Below are positions 38,808 through 51,400 of a stretch of 64,000 bases of DNA, in pieces (position 1 is the stretch's first letter; the number at the start of each line of letters is the position of its first letter). A program made the translations under genes and the position numbers. Below the pieces are notes generated by a model, which was not told the DNA's origin, did not search any database, and was given only the letters and a program-made list of their open reading frames with translations. The DNA is from Vermamoeba vermiformis (Eukaryota), in contig JBEWZL010000073.1 of NCBI GenBank assembly GCA_045837725.1, positions 62,001 through 126,000 of the forward strand, written 5' to 3'.

Positions 38808-40057
38808 TTAAGAGAGACCGCTGATCTCCATTCGTTTTCTGAAGATCCAGTCCATGACACTGTCAAACACAAACTTGACCTGATTGGTGTCCAGCGCGCA
38901 AGTCACGTGCACGTAGACGTCGTCAGGACTGCGTGTCTTGACTTGCTTGAGATATTTCTGCTTGATGAATTCCACGCCCGCTGTGAAGTCATTACCGCCC
39001 TTGTAGTCTGAGTAGGTCTTGCTCATATCTGCGTGCTTCAACTTGTGTTCGAACAAGTCCTTCTTGTTCAAGAACAAGATCCAAGGCGTCTGTTGGAACC
39101 ACTCGTGGTTGATCATAGATTCGAACACTTCCAAGCTTTCTTCCATGCTAATAGGGGATACAAAGCATCAGTATCAATTCAATAAGTGAATAATTATATA
39201 TTTGTGAATTAAAAAGTCCGGTTTTGAATTGGGCGAACAGATTTAAATTTTCAACCACTTACCGCATCTTTTTGGGATCTTCAGGCAAAACAACGTCCCA
39301 TTCATCGAGAGCAGCTACGTAAATCATAGCGACAACACCTTCGTAGAAATGCACCCATTTTCTGCGTTCTGCGCGCTGACCGCCGACATCGATAAGATTC
39401 CAAGTGAATTTGCCGACTTGAAATTCATTTTCAACGATACCAGTGGTTCTTTGACGTGCGTGCAAAATATCCTCGTCAGTAATCTTGTAGTCGGGGTCGG
39501 TGAGCTTGGCGGCGTGAGTGACGCAGTACTCGGTGTTGGTGGGCAAGTCGAATTCGTTACGACGAGCATAAGTGGCTTGAATACCTGTTGAAAATTAAAT
39601 AAAAATTAGTACCTTCGTATATTATTGTACTCTTATAACGAGGTGATGCATTTAAAGCGTTACCTTTGTCTTCCCAAAGTTTGTTGATATCTTGAATCAG
39701 TTGCGGTGTGATTGTCACTGCGAAGGGATCCAACTTGTCAATTTCCTCTGCGATGGACTCCTCTTTAATATCGATTTTTAATAGCTGTGCTTGAGTTACT
39801 AATTCTTTCAGGGACAAGAAGATGTTAGAGATTAGAATCTTTTTATAATTGTCTCGTTCCTCGGGGGTGAAGCCGTTGCAGTGCAGAATTTTCATTTGCT
39901 TAGCCACAGTACTCTTGCCGCAAGCAGAAGTGCCCACCATGAGTACTTTCATGTAATATTTGGCTTTCACTTTCTTCTGATTGCCAGATGCACCTTGTTG
40001 TTCGGTCTTGGTAGTGCTGTTACCAGCAGGCTTCTCTTTAGCGGCAGTGCAACCCAT
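38808..40057 (-). CDS. Heterotrimeric G-protein alpha subunit
   Basis: MGC lipidation motif, GTSACGKSTVAKQMKILH, DILHARQRTTGI, DVGGQRAERRKWVH, ILFLNKKDLF, TCALDT. Confidence 0.95.
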
Positions 40058-40333
40058 TTTAAAACGTGACTGGTGGTGAAGTGTTGCGTTTGATTGATTA
40101 AAATTTAACCGCAAGTTTCAATTTTTTTTTTTGACCTGCCAATAAAAATCATAAATTCAACTCGAATTTGGAGCTCCCGCGCGAGATACAGTTTAAAAAG
40201 CTATTTTTGGCCTTTGCTCGTCTGTCATTCGCATCACAACCGTTCAACCTACCGACACATTTGATGTCCGAGCGGAATTATTATCACTTGCAACAACACA
40301 TCCACAGAAAATTTTAAAATTAAAACCACGAGC

Positions 40334-41744
40334 TCATTTCTTGCTTGCTTTATTGTGATTACTCGCTTGAAATGAAGCGTTGTACTCGTCAGTTTTGTTG
40401 CTTGTGTTCATGGTGCGCTGCACTCGCTCGCGCTCTTTGTTGTAGCTCTTCAACATGTCGCGGAACGAAGCCAATCTGCGCAACGGTACAGCGGGCACGT
40501 TCTTCTGCGCATTGTTAACGAGCCACTTGTGCTGCAAACACTCTTTACTCGTCATCCTCCGCTGCGGATCAGTGACGAGTATTTTTTGGATAAAGTCTTT
40601 GGCCTCGGTGCTGATTCCATCCCAATCTTGTGCCGGAAATTCGTACTTGCCGGCAGTAATCTGTTCAAATAGCTTGCTCTGTTGTTCACCAGGGTCGTAG
40701 AAGGGTGGATAGCCGCACAGCAAGATGTAAGTGATCACGCCAATGCTCCAGATGTCCACTGCGTGGTCGTACGCGCCCATTGCATTCACCACTTCAGGAG
40801 CTAGTGTTGAAATATTAGATAGATCCCTTTGCAATATATCATGACGGTGTGACCATAGCAACATATTAAATTCAACAGTAAACACAAGTAGATGGGGCTT
40901 ACCAGCATATTCAGGGGTGCCACAAGCAGTGTGCAGATTGTTGTCGCCTAAGAACTCTTTTGACAGTCCAAAATCACTGATCTTCACTACATCGCAGTTG
41001 TCGTCCATAGCAAGCAAGTTCTCGGGCTTCAAATCTCGATGCGCGATCCCATTGTCGTGCATGTAACTGACGCCTTCGAGTATCTGTCGCACGATATTCG
41101 CGGCATCCTTCTCGCTGTATTGACCTCGCGCGACTATATGATCAAACAGCATGCCTCCCTCGCCCCTAGCAATGGCCAAAATCAGCTAACCGGTTAAATT
41201 TTAAATTGGATCCAAGCGGTTGATCCGAATTTGAATAGCGTGTATTGGCAGTACTTACAGTTCTAACACTAAATATATATGTCCATCGTGATCGTACACT
41301 TCCAACAGCTCAATAATGTTTGGATGTTTCAATCTGCGCATGTTCTCAATCTCGCGCTGAAGCATTTGCAATTGATGTGCGTCGCCAAGGGCTTCTTTAT
41401 TGATAATTTTAATAGCAACTTTCTTCTTATTGTCCTTCCTTCGAGCTTTTCTAACTACTGAAAACCCACCCCTAGATGCGACAAAAAAAATTTTAATAAT
41501 TACTGTTGCCAAGTCTTTATTGCTTGCGTATAAATTTGATACATTGAGGTCAGGTGCATATTAATTGATCAGTACGCAAACAAATAGCACACAAGCTATT
41601 AATTGCGCAAATTACACAAAAAATCTTTTAACGGATTTCAATTTGTTGAATGAATATAAAGCGGTCAAGAATCTTTTAATATAGACATTACCATCCTAAT
41701 GCATCGCCGAATTTATACACCTCGTGCACTTTCTTCTGAGACAT
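40334..41744 (-). CDS. CAMK-group Ser/Thr kinase (CaMK1 / MLCK-A-like)
   Basis: GGFSVV...VAIKII, HPNIIEL, HRDLKPENLL, DFGLSK, TACGTPEY|APE, DIWSIGVITYILLCGYPPF. Confidence 0.95.
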
Positions 41745-42008
41745 GAGTACTTGTTTGTCGACTGGTGCCAGTAATATTGATAGCTAATTATATAATACAA
41801 GAGTTATATGTGCATTCAAATATACAAGTACAAATAATGCTATTGGGGGGCACTCTGTTGCTATTCACAAGACTGAGAGAATTACAACGCGATTTTATTT
41901 TTGATTAGCACAGTGATAAGCACTGCGAGTATAGGGCTGCATTGGACTATATAGAGCTGTGGTGATTATACCGGACCCCGTTGATCGTTATTTACTGGCA
42001 GCTTCATC

Positions 42009-43812
42009 ATGGACTTGTACAACAAGGTATTGGCAGATCTAGCTTGAACTCAATGCAGCACGTTAGGCATTTGTGATACAATACGAATGAGATTAATTAT
42101 GACACTAGTGCCACGCACTATCACATTCAGTGCCGCGCTGTAAAATTAAAAAATATCTCGCAAATTAATTTGAAAAATAATTAATTGAATTCAGCGCCAA
42201 TTACAATGCCAATTTCACGTCAATTCCACCGACATAAAGGTGGATATAGCACACGGCAGCTAATTCCCTTGTTCTGCAGATAATGTACGTGCAACACGAG
42301 CCGATCGTGATCGAGTCCGTCGAGTACGAGCACAAAGGCCCAGTCAACACTACGAGCAGCAACAATAGCAGTGCCGATGCAGCGAATGTGCCTCGCAGTC
42401 CCTACAAGAGCCGCACCAAGTCGGATCTGCTCGATCAAGTGTTCAGCGAGTGCCGCAGTGCGCAGAGCATCCAAGAGCTGCTGGAGAGTTCGAGTGCCGT
42501 GCTCAACAAGCTCAATGTGCTCGACTTGCACCAATCAGCGCAGGTCTTGCTGTTGCCTGCACGCGGTGAACAGCGCTTGCCCGAGGAGGGTGTGACACTG
42601 GACAGCTTGGTGCAGCACGGTGGCACTGTGACACGTGGCCAGGGACCACTCCGCTGCAGACTGCTCGTGCAGCTCACCGAACACAAGCCCCTCACTCTGC
42701 GCGCGGCCACCACGCACACCACGGGGGTGGGCGAGACCTCACTCGTACGTAGTTTGACAGCTCTCTGACAGGCACGTGACTCAATCTTTGCAGGAATTCT
42801 CCGCCACACATCGCAATCTGCTGGGTCGAGCTGAGCGCGGTCACGTGACAGCAGTGATCACCGCGAGTCAGTCCTCCGTGTTGCAGGCCTCACTCGCGCG
42901 CCCCGTGCTGATTGGTCCTACATTTGCAGGTGTCGCTGAACTGCAGGTGGGTCAGAGTCTGACGCACTCGCCACTCAGTTCACATCACGAGCTCAAACGA
43001 GATCTCGTCGCGCGGTGGCGATACAAGCGGCACGAACTCGCCTACGAGTGGGCCTGGCGTCACGTGACATTGATGCCGGGTGCCACCGAGCGCATGTTGA
43101 GCGAGGGCGGTGACAGTGTCAAATCAGCTGTCAAACACCGCTACTTGATCGCACAGCTCGATGACATGTTGGCACCGACACGTGGCTTTGCACTCCGCTT
43201 CGTGCAAGAGCTCGCAGGTCTCGGCGGTGACGTGAAATTTCTCAAGCACGAACTCGATTTCAACTACAACGTGCCACTCGCTGTCAAGGGCATGGCACTC
43301 AATTTCCTATTTAAGGCCGGCACCCACGTGCCACTGTTTGACAGCAAGAGTTACATCACCGATCGATTTTTCCTCGGTGGTGCCACCATATTCCGCGCCT
43401 TTGCTAACAAGGTACGCCAGCATATCTACCATTCAGTGAAAGAACGCTACTGACACGTGTCAAACAGGGTGTTGGACCGCGATTCCGTCGCGACTCGTAC
43501 GGCGGTGACGTCATGTACAACGCGAGTGCCTACCTCAGTGGCCCCTTGCCAGTGCCCAAATCAAACATCGGAGAGTTCCGCGGTCACGTGTTCGGTCACG
43601 TGGGCAGTCTGATCTCCATCAACCGCAAGAAGGGCCTGAAAGATCACATTGAGACCCTGGTGGAGCAGTACCGCGCGAGTGTGGGCGTGGGCGTGGTGTT
43701 GAAGACGGTGTTCGGAGCGCGCATTGAACTCAACTACGCGCTGCCACTCAAATTCAGCAGCTCTGATCGCGTGCAGGCCCTGCAGCTCGGCATTGCATTC
43801 GACTTCTTGTAA
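42009..43812 (+). CDS. SAM50: Sam50 / Omp85-family mitochondrial outer-membrane beta-barrel
   Basis: POTRA-like RTKSDLL, RNLLGRAE, GDSVKSAVKH, PTRG...QELAGLGGDVKFLK, DRFFLGG, GVGPR...GGD, RASVGVGV...ARIELNY, C-terminal LGIAFDFL. Confidence 0.9.
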
Positions 43813-43926
43813 ATACGTACCTATATAATAATACTGCTGTCTGCTTATATATAAATCCTCCTCGCACTCAGCTGTGATGAAGTTCATTTATGTACAAGAG
43901 CAGGTCCTCAATCACACCTGCGACAC

Positions 43927-44578
43927 TCACTTCTTCTTGAGCTCCTTGTTCGCTGAAGCAGTCAGATTCGTGCTGGCACTGTTGCTCGGTCTGTCGGCAA
44001 AGTACTCGGGCTTGTTGGTGTTGATGCCGTACTCGCGCAGTGACTGCGACAGATCTTCCATCGTCAGCGTGTGCTTCTTGTCCTAGCAAGCCATCGAGTT
44101 AGTTACTGGTATAATAGATGTATCGGATTCGGTGTCGTTTGGCTGATCGGGATCAGTAGTAGTATTCCACACTGTTATTGCCTATGTAATATTCAATGTA
44201 CCTTGCGTCTGCTCTGTCGCATTTTACAATATTGCAGTGAGTCATTGGCAATGTCTGATACAAATTTCTGTGCGGCGAGGGAGATGAGTCGTTTGCTGCA
44301 AGAAATTAGCTCAGCAATAATAACAGGAAATATGCAACTGTGTAAATAGCCCTTACATGCGAATATCGGGACAATTAAAGCCCGTCTTCTTTAAATAAAA
44401 TTCTATCACTTCGTCTGGAATCTGTAGTTGTGCAATTAGAGGGTGTGTTGTCAAAAGTGCAATTATACAATTATAATAATTAATGAGAAAAACTTACAAC
44501 AGGAGTGTAGCTCTCGAGCGACATGACGAAATCTTCGATCGTCTCTTTGAGTTCATTGTTCATTGCCTTATTCTCCAT
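43927..44578 (-). CDS. TAF10: TFIID/SAGA subunit TAF10
   Basis: DFVMSLESYTPV|IPDEVIEFYLKKTGFNCPDIR|KRLISLAAQKFVSDIANDSLQYCKMR|...TLTMEDLSQSLREYGIN..KPEYF. Confidence 0.95.
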
Positions 44579-44733
44579 TATCACATAACAGAGAAAGATC
44601 TTTATTGTTTAACTATCAGTAATTGTTGCGATTGTGTTAGCTGCAAATAACGTTACACAAAGAAAATTTTGTGCAGCTTTTTCATTTCACTTCCACCCTT
44701 GAACAAACAACAACAACACAAACCCAACATCCA

Positions 44734-45919
44734 ATGCCTCCATCCAAAAGACGTGCGACTATAGATATCAACACTCGTGCTCTGAAGAAGCCCAGATGCG
44801 CACAGGAGCAAACAGTTGAAGTTACTCGCCTCAACACTACTGTGCACACTTCTGCGCTCGAAGAATTGCCGCCACTGCCCACAGTTGATTGGCTCGGCGA
44901 ATTGACAGAGGCACTCAAGTTGAAAGCACCGTTCAAAGGTCGCGAAGAGTTATCTTTGCAGGTGTTCGATCTGTGTCCGTACGGCACATATAAACGTCAA
45001 AAGAAGTGGCGCGAGAGTGGCTGTCTGTACGACGACTTTGATCGACGTCACTTAGGTGTGGTGGACGAGCTGGGCCAACACTACTGGATCTGCTACTACG
45101 ACGAAGACTACTTTGAGCAGGCACTGCACGAGATTGTAAGCACAATTGATCGAATGCAATGCGAGTGTATGTATGTGTCTAATCGATGACACTGCAAGCA
45201 CATGAATCGATTGCTGCGACAACATCAGGTACCGCACGTCATTGCAGCACTCTGTCACGTGATGCTGGAGCGGAGCAAGCTGATCTGCATTGTGTTCCCG
45301 CACCACCCCCTTGCCGTGTCATTGTCGGACTATCACAGGTACGCAGTGTTGAGTGGGCCGTGCTGTAGTAACTCCATCGCGGTAGAGGCGCACTGGAGCC
45401 CTTTCAACTCACTGCGCGCGATCTGGAGCAAGGAGTGCAGCACATTGCGGCCACGCTGCAGGCAGTGCGCTGGAACGATGGCGAGAAGCGACCGCGACGA
45501 GTGGGCAGACAGGCCCTCGAGTTCAGCATTGGTCGCCAGCTGTTTGTTACAACAATGTGATGCTCGTGCCTGACCTGCAGAGCAATCGCGTGTCATTCAA
45601 GTTGTTTGACTTCCACGAAGGATGTGCGCGTGTCGGTGATAGGTCAGTGTACTACTAGCAGCTCTTATGAGTACGCGATCACTCATCATCTGTGCCCTAG
45701 AGTGCACGCAGCTCCGCAGTTGGACTGGCATACTGTGCCCTACAGACAAGCAGGCACCTGTTTTCTCGTCGCTGCAGAGCAAGGTACGTGCGACACTAGT
45801 GCACCACTTAATATGAGAGTGCTATTCTAACAGTCGTTGGGACAGTGGCGCACATGATCGGTGCCGCACGAGCGCTGTGGCTATTAGAGCGCTATGAGTC
45901 ACTGCTGTTGAACCTGTGA
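44734..45919 (+). CDS. Hypothetical protein, multi-exon, with an N-terminal bipartite NLS-like segment
   Basis: MPPSKRRATIDINTRALKKPR...; successive open frames separated by GT-AG introns; no family recognised. Confidence 0.55.
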
Positions 45920-46160
45920 ACTGACTGCATGGGCCGTTAATCGCCAAGCATCTCCTGTGTACATTATTTATAAACAATTACCACTGTACCTCTGTGTGTG
46001 AAACGTTAAGTTTTGCCGAGGAACGAGTTCTACCCCTACAAATCTCCGAACGCAGCAGTAAGTTTGGCTGCGACCGACCCGATCTTTTTCTGGTCACGTA
46101 ACACCTCTTATAAACTGTAATTTACTTAATATTCAAACACTAGTGCACAAGTCCAGGTCT

Positions 46161-48176
46161 CTACACGCTGAGGACGGCAGAGGCAGCGACAATGCCGTTG
46201 AAGACAAATGTGTTGTCCATGGGCAGCCACTGTTGCGTGAGCAGCTTGATCATCTCTTGCGCCACTACACCACCCAATATAGATGCAATCGTGTGCATGT
46301 GTGCTCCACCGAAGCGAACCCTTGAGAATAGGAGGTACAATGAATAAACATGCCTATAAGCAAGGCGAGCAAGTGACTTACATCTCGCGCAACATGTCCT
46401 CAGTGAGGGCCGAGTCGTTGCTCTTGCTGACAGCGACGGACAGACCGTGGTGTTGAATCACTTCGTCCACGCACGCTGACAGCTCGTTCAAATCTTTCTC
46501 CAGATCTGCACTCAACTCCGCGCCGGGATAGCGGCCGTGCTTGAGGTAGAACTGATCCACACCGCGGAATACCAAGTACCAGCCCGCACTGCTGCTCGGG
46601 TCCATCATTTGCATCTCGAGCTCGTCGCGGTTGAGACCAGCAGCATCGAGTTCCTGCGCGAGGGATTTGTAGCGGATCAGCTTGAGGAACATGGCGTTCT
46701 TGACGAACAAACGAATGTCGTCTTCGCTGCAGTACGACTCATCGTGCGACACTGATTTGCAGGCCTCGCGCACATAGCCGATCATGGTGTGAATGTCTTT
46801 CTCTGCTTGGTTGTGGTAGCTGTGGCAAAAGGATCAGTCAGCATTGCTAAATATGGTAAATCGATCGTACATGGCTTGCAGACGCACGTAGTCCTTGGTC
46901 TCAGCAGTCATGTCGGGAATGCTGCCCTTCAGTGGCAAGTATTTGCCTTGGCCGTCAGTGGCCACAAATTTGCGCAAAGCATGCGCCATGATCCAGAACG
47001 CAGAGCTGTCGTGCGTGATGGTGACAGCTTTGGCGTCGTCGAGAATCGCCTGCACATCGGAGGGAATGGAGTAGGGCTCGTACGCGAGATAGGCGTTCTT
47101 GACGGCCTCTTCGACATTGGAGGTGATCTGATCCTTGACGTACTCGCTGGTGATCAGCTTCTTGTACTCTTCCTTCTCGGCGCGCGTGCTCGGTGTCTTG
47201 CCCTCGTGACGCGCTGCAAACAGATCACGTGCTTTGATCAACAGGGCTGGGAAGGGCACGTGCGCGTACTGTGCGGAGGTGAGGCTGTTGAGATCGATCG
47301 CATCGGTGAATTGACGCAGTTCACTGAACGGCTGTTCGAGACGCAAATCTTCCAGGGCAAAGTCAGGCTTGGTCTCAATCACCACGTGCTCGGGGTACTG
47401 GATGCGCACCAGACCCACCAAGCCGTTCACGCGTGCAGCCACGAGAGGTATGTTGCGCTTCTCAGCCGCAGCCGCGAGAGTGCGCAGTGCGTGGGGTGGC
47501 AGATCTGACGCGACGAGCAGCGAGTAGGGCGCGAGACTGTCTGCACTGCTCGCTTGGGCCCACGCTGCGGCGTCTTGTTCCACCACGTGCACCTCGCGCA
47601 AGTCTTCGTTGAGTTCTTTGAGCAGCGCTGCCACGGTCTTGGCACGTGATTGGCCCAGTGCGGACTCGACCACGAAGAAATTTGAGCCCAAATCTGCAGC
47701 CTGGACCTTGTTGCCATCCACCACTGTGATCTGACCAATGCCTGGTGTTCAATAGGCCCGTATTAGTGCGCGAGTATTATATTGCAGCCGCAGCATTGAA
47801 TATGATGGAAAGTATTTGGGTCCACAAAGACCTTTATTCATCCAGAACAAAAATTAAATTTCAAAATAAGCAGTAATATGTGGTCAATATTAATACCAGT
47901 TAATTATGTGGCTATTATTGTTTGAAATAAACGAATATAATTTTCTTACCAGGCAAGACGAGATTCTTCAAAATTTCAGTGCCGAGAGCATTGCCGTTCA
48001 ACAAGCAGATGTGAGAGTTCTCTAAACGAGATTGACCGCGTTCACCCCACAAACTAATCATATATTAATACACTACGCAACCTTGCTGCTCCATCTGAGA
48101 GAGGTGAATGTGGTCACAAAGACACTTACCGCAATTGACGATCGTATTTCTGAGTCTTCTTGTCGGGAGTGGCCAT
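46161..48176 (-). CDS. NAE1: NEDD8-activating enzyme E1 regulatory subunit (APPBP1/Ula1)
   Basis: [44 protein letters not shown]...[57 protein letters not shown]. Confidence 0.95.
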
Positions 48177-48440
48177 GACGAGTGTTGCACTGTATATAGA
48201 TGAGGGAATAAGAGTGATAGTGACTGGCTCTTGTGGCGCAACTGAAGATTTTCACAGCAAAAATGAACCAATTTCCGCTGCAACAACGCTTTGTTATTTT
48301 TTAGAAGCACCTAATAGTGACGAGAGAATAGGCACCTCAAATGTATAGTCGTGTATTTTAATTGTATATATCTTGTATTATTCGCTCTAGTGCACTCTCT
48401 CGAACAAGTCCCCATCCCCCAACCCATATATACACACAGC

Positions 48441-51400
48441 ATGTCGTGGCTCAAACAACTCTTCAGCAACAGACGCAGCACGGCCTCGTCGTCCACGCGC
48501 TCATCGGGCTCAGAACACAGCACGGGCTCGAATAACAAACCTTCGCTCGACTCGGATGACACCAAAGAAATTCAACCGCCGTCACCCAACCACTACTTCG
48601 AGTATGTAGCACACTATATATACAATGCTGGATTATTGTCATAGTATCGATCACATTACTGCTCGTGCGGATCCGTTTTTCAAATAATTATTTTATCGTG
48701 CGCTGTAATGGCATTGTAATTGCCTATTAATCGCGTCACAGTAATCAATATACAATAATGATATGAATAATGATGTTCATACAGCGTTAAATGCTTGAAA
48801 ATTTCGGATCTCACCTTTAAATGTTCATTTAATCATTTAAGCTCGCTGTATTTAATGTAATTAATGCTCACATCACGTTTATACGATTTATTTCTGTCAT
48901 TTTGACAATTAACGGTGAGAGATCTGACAGATCTAACCTTCTCGCTGAAAGATTCTTTACTGAACGAGCACCCTTATTGCCACTATATTGTGAGGAACAG
49001 CGCGCTAATGCCGTTCTATTTTTAGATACGAATACGATGCAGTCGCGCTTCTAGAACACTGGCAGAAGTTTCACAGTGATCTGAGCGTGCAGTCATTGCA
49101 AGAATTTATCGGAGAATATCGCCGACAAGAGGAACTGCTCGGCACAAAAGAGGAATTTCACGCGCAGCGACAGTTGATTGGCCTCAGCTTGCCTTATTTG
49201 GAACCCCGCTTGCTCGCAGCACTCGAGCAGGGCACGCACCAGCACGATGCGCACACGAGCACGTGGGTGGCCCTGGTAGAGATCCTCAGCCGCGCCTCGT
49301 ACAACATTGCCGTGCTGTCGAGTGAGTCGTGTCGGCGGCTGATTGGTCAGTTAATTGGCTATTTTCGCGCGCTCATCGCAGACCTGCGCGGCGATGCCAA
49401 AGATGGCAATCGGACCTCGCTGCTGGGCAGTCATCGATCACGTGAGGATCTTGCTGTTAATGAACCAGCGGCGGAACTCGATGCGACGAGTCTGTACCGT
49501 TCACTGAATGGTTTGCAGGCCCTGGTGACGACCTTCAGTCAGCTGAGCAGCCCTGGGCACGCGTGGCGCCATCAGTACCAGATTGAAGCGCTCAAACTGC
49601 AGCTCAATGTGCGCGGCATGAGTGCGCTGATTGACCTCAACAAACAGACGCTGCTCAGCAATGACGTCATCAACTTGCTCGTCGGTACGTACGGCACTTG
49701 CCTTATTTGGTAATATCTCGCTCACTCATGCGCAGATCTGTTGCGTGTCGTACACGGTCTGACAGCGGAACAACTCAACGGATCACGTGTCACCTACGAG
49801 CTGACCATGAGTGCGCTGAATCTGATTGGTGGCCTGGTGCACGACTGTCACAACGCACAACCTTTTTTGGACAAATCTCCCGCACTGTTCGAACTGCTCG
49901 CCGATCATCTCGGCTGGCCCAGTGACGTGTATGTGACACGTGTCAATGCGGGTACTTTGCCATTGTTTATTGACGTGCTATTTTTAGCTGCCCTCGATGG
50001 AAGCTCACTGCAGACACGCAAGTGACACCTGTCATATCCGAGCACGATCTGTTCATGTTTGAACTGCTCACCATTCAAGTGTTCACTGAACTCAGGTACG
50101 CGCCTATAAATAGCACACTCGTTCACTGAACTAACACTGTCACGTGCCAGCATTCTCAGCTCGACGAACATGCGGCGGTGGCGCACGACAGGTGGATTTC
50201 AGCGCGTGATTGATTGGGTGCTCTGGACTGCTGTCACTTTCCAAAAAAAGCTATCCGAACCCACACCTGACTCGATATGGCAAGTGGCATCGTTCACGCC
50301 GTACCTGTCGCGCTTGACACTCGGCAAACACGTGACGAGTCAAGGAATGACACGTGTCACTTCAGACGATGAAATTTCACCGCGCGAGACAGCCAACAGT
50401 GCCCTGACTCCGACACCTCCGCGTCCGTGGCACATTTGCAATGTTCCGCTGGCCATGATCTTTCAAGTGCTGTACTGTCTCTGTGTGGGAGGCCTCCAAG
50501 CTAATTATAGCCACCAGACCAACACGGCCAATTCTCCGAATTTAAATTTGCAGGTGTTGAATATATTGATGGATCTGTTCAACAGCGACATTCGACAGAC
50601 GCCGCAGAACATTGTCGCGCGCGAGTGGCTGAGTGACACGTGTCCCGAGTGTCAACTGCTGGTCTTGGACTTTGTGTCGCGCTTGGCGGTAGATTTCCCA
50701 GCTGTCAAACCGCAGCTCTTGGCGTGCAATCTGTGGCCCACACTCAGCTCGCAGTACTTCTTTGCACCGCTGCTCTGGCACGTGACTGATGCCACGGCGC
50801 GCGGGCTAAATATAGAACACCCAATCACCAAGAACATCACGGGCACGTATCTATTTTTGGAACACCGGCGCTACCTGTTTCAACTGATCGAATTCTTGGC
50901 GACACTTGGTGATAGCTGTCACTTTGAGTGCGCCACGCTGCTCGTAAGTACAACGACATTTCCTTATTTGGCAATGTACTAACCACACACCAGACACTTT
51001 GGCAGCAGTGCTACGTGCAGTTCTACAAGAGTTATTCCGCCGTGTTGACAGCACAGCAGACGGCCCTGAGTCAGGCCATGGACAGCAGTGACCACCACGT
51101 GACTTCGCGGAAATTATCTTTGCAGCCATTCTTCAACGCGACACTCGTGCTCGAGTCACGTGATCACAAACCAGATCTCGCGGCGTATCTCGAGGCCTAT
51201 TATTGGCTGTCACATTTGCTGTCGCGTTTGCTGTCACAAAGCCGCGGAGAAATGACGCGTCAAATACTGCTGCACTCCATTCAGCTAAATATAGGCACAG
51301 GGCAGGTGCTGGTGACGTCATCGACTGCTGTGCCCGAGTCTTCAGTGAAACACGTGCCCTTGACGCTGCCACTGCTCTGCAACACGGGTCTGCTGTTGAC

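Noticed and set aside
46010-46090. Hairpin gcagc...gctgc followed by a T-run, as a possible small RNA
   Set aside because: Short stem, no recognisable ncRNA family motifs, and located in a 3-prime UTR gap
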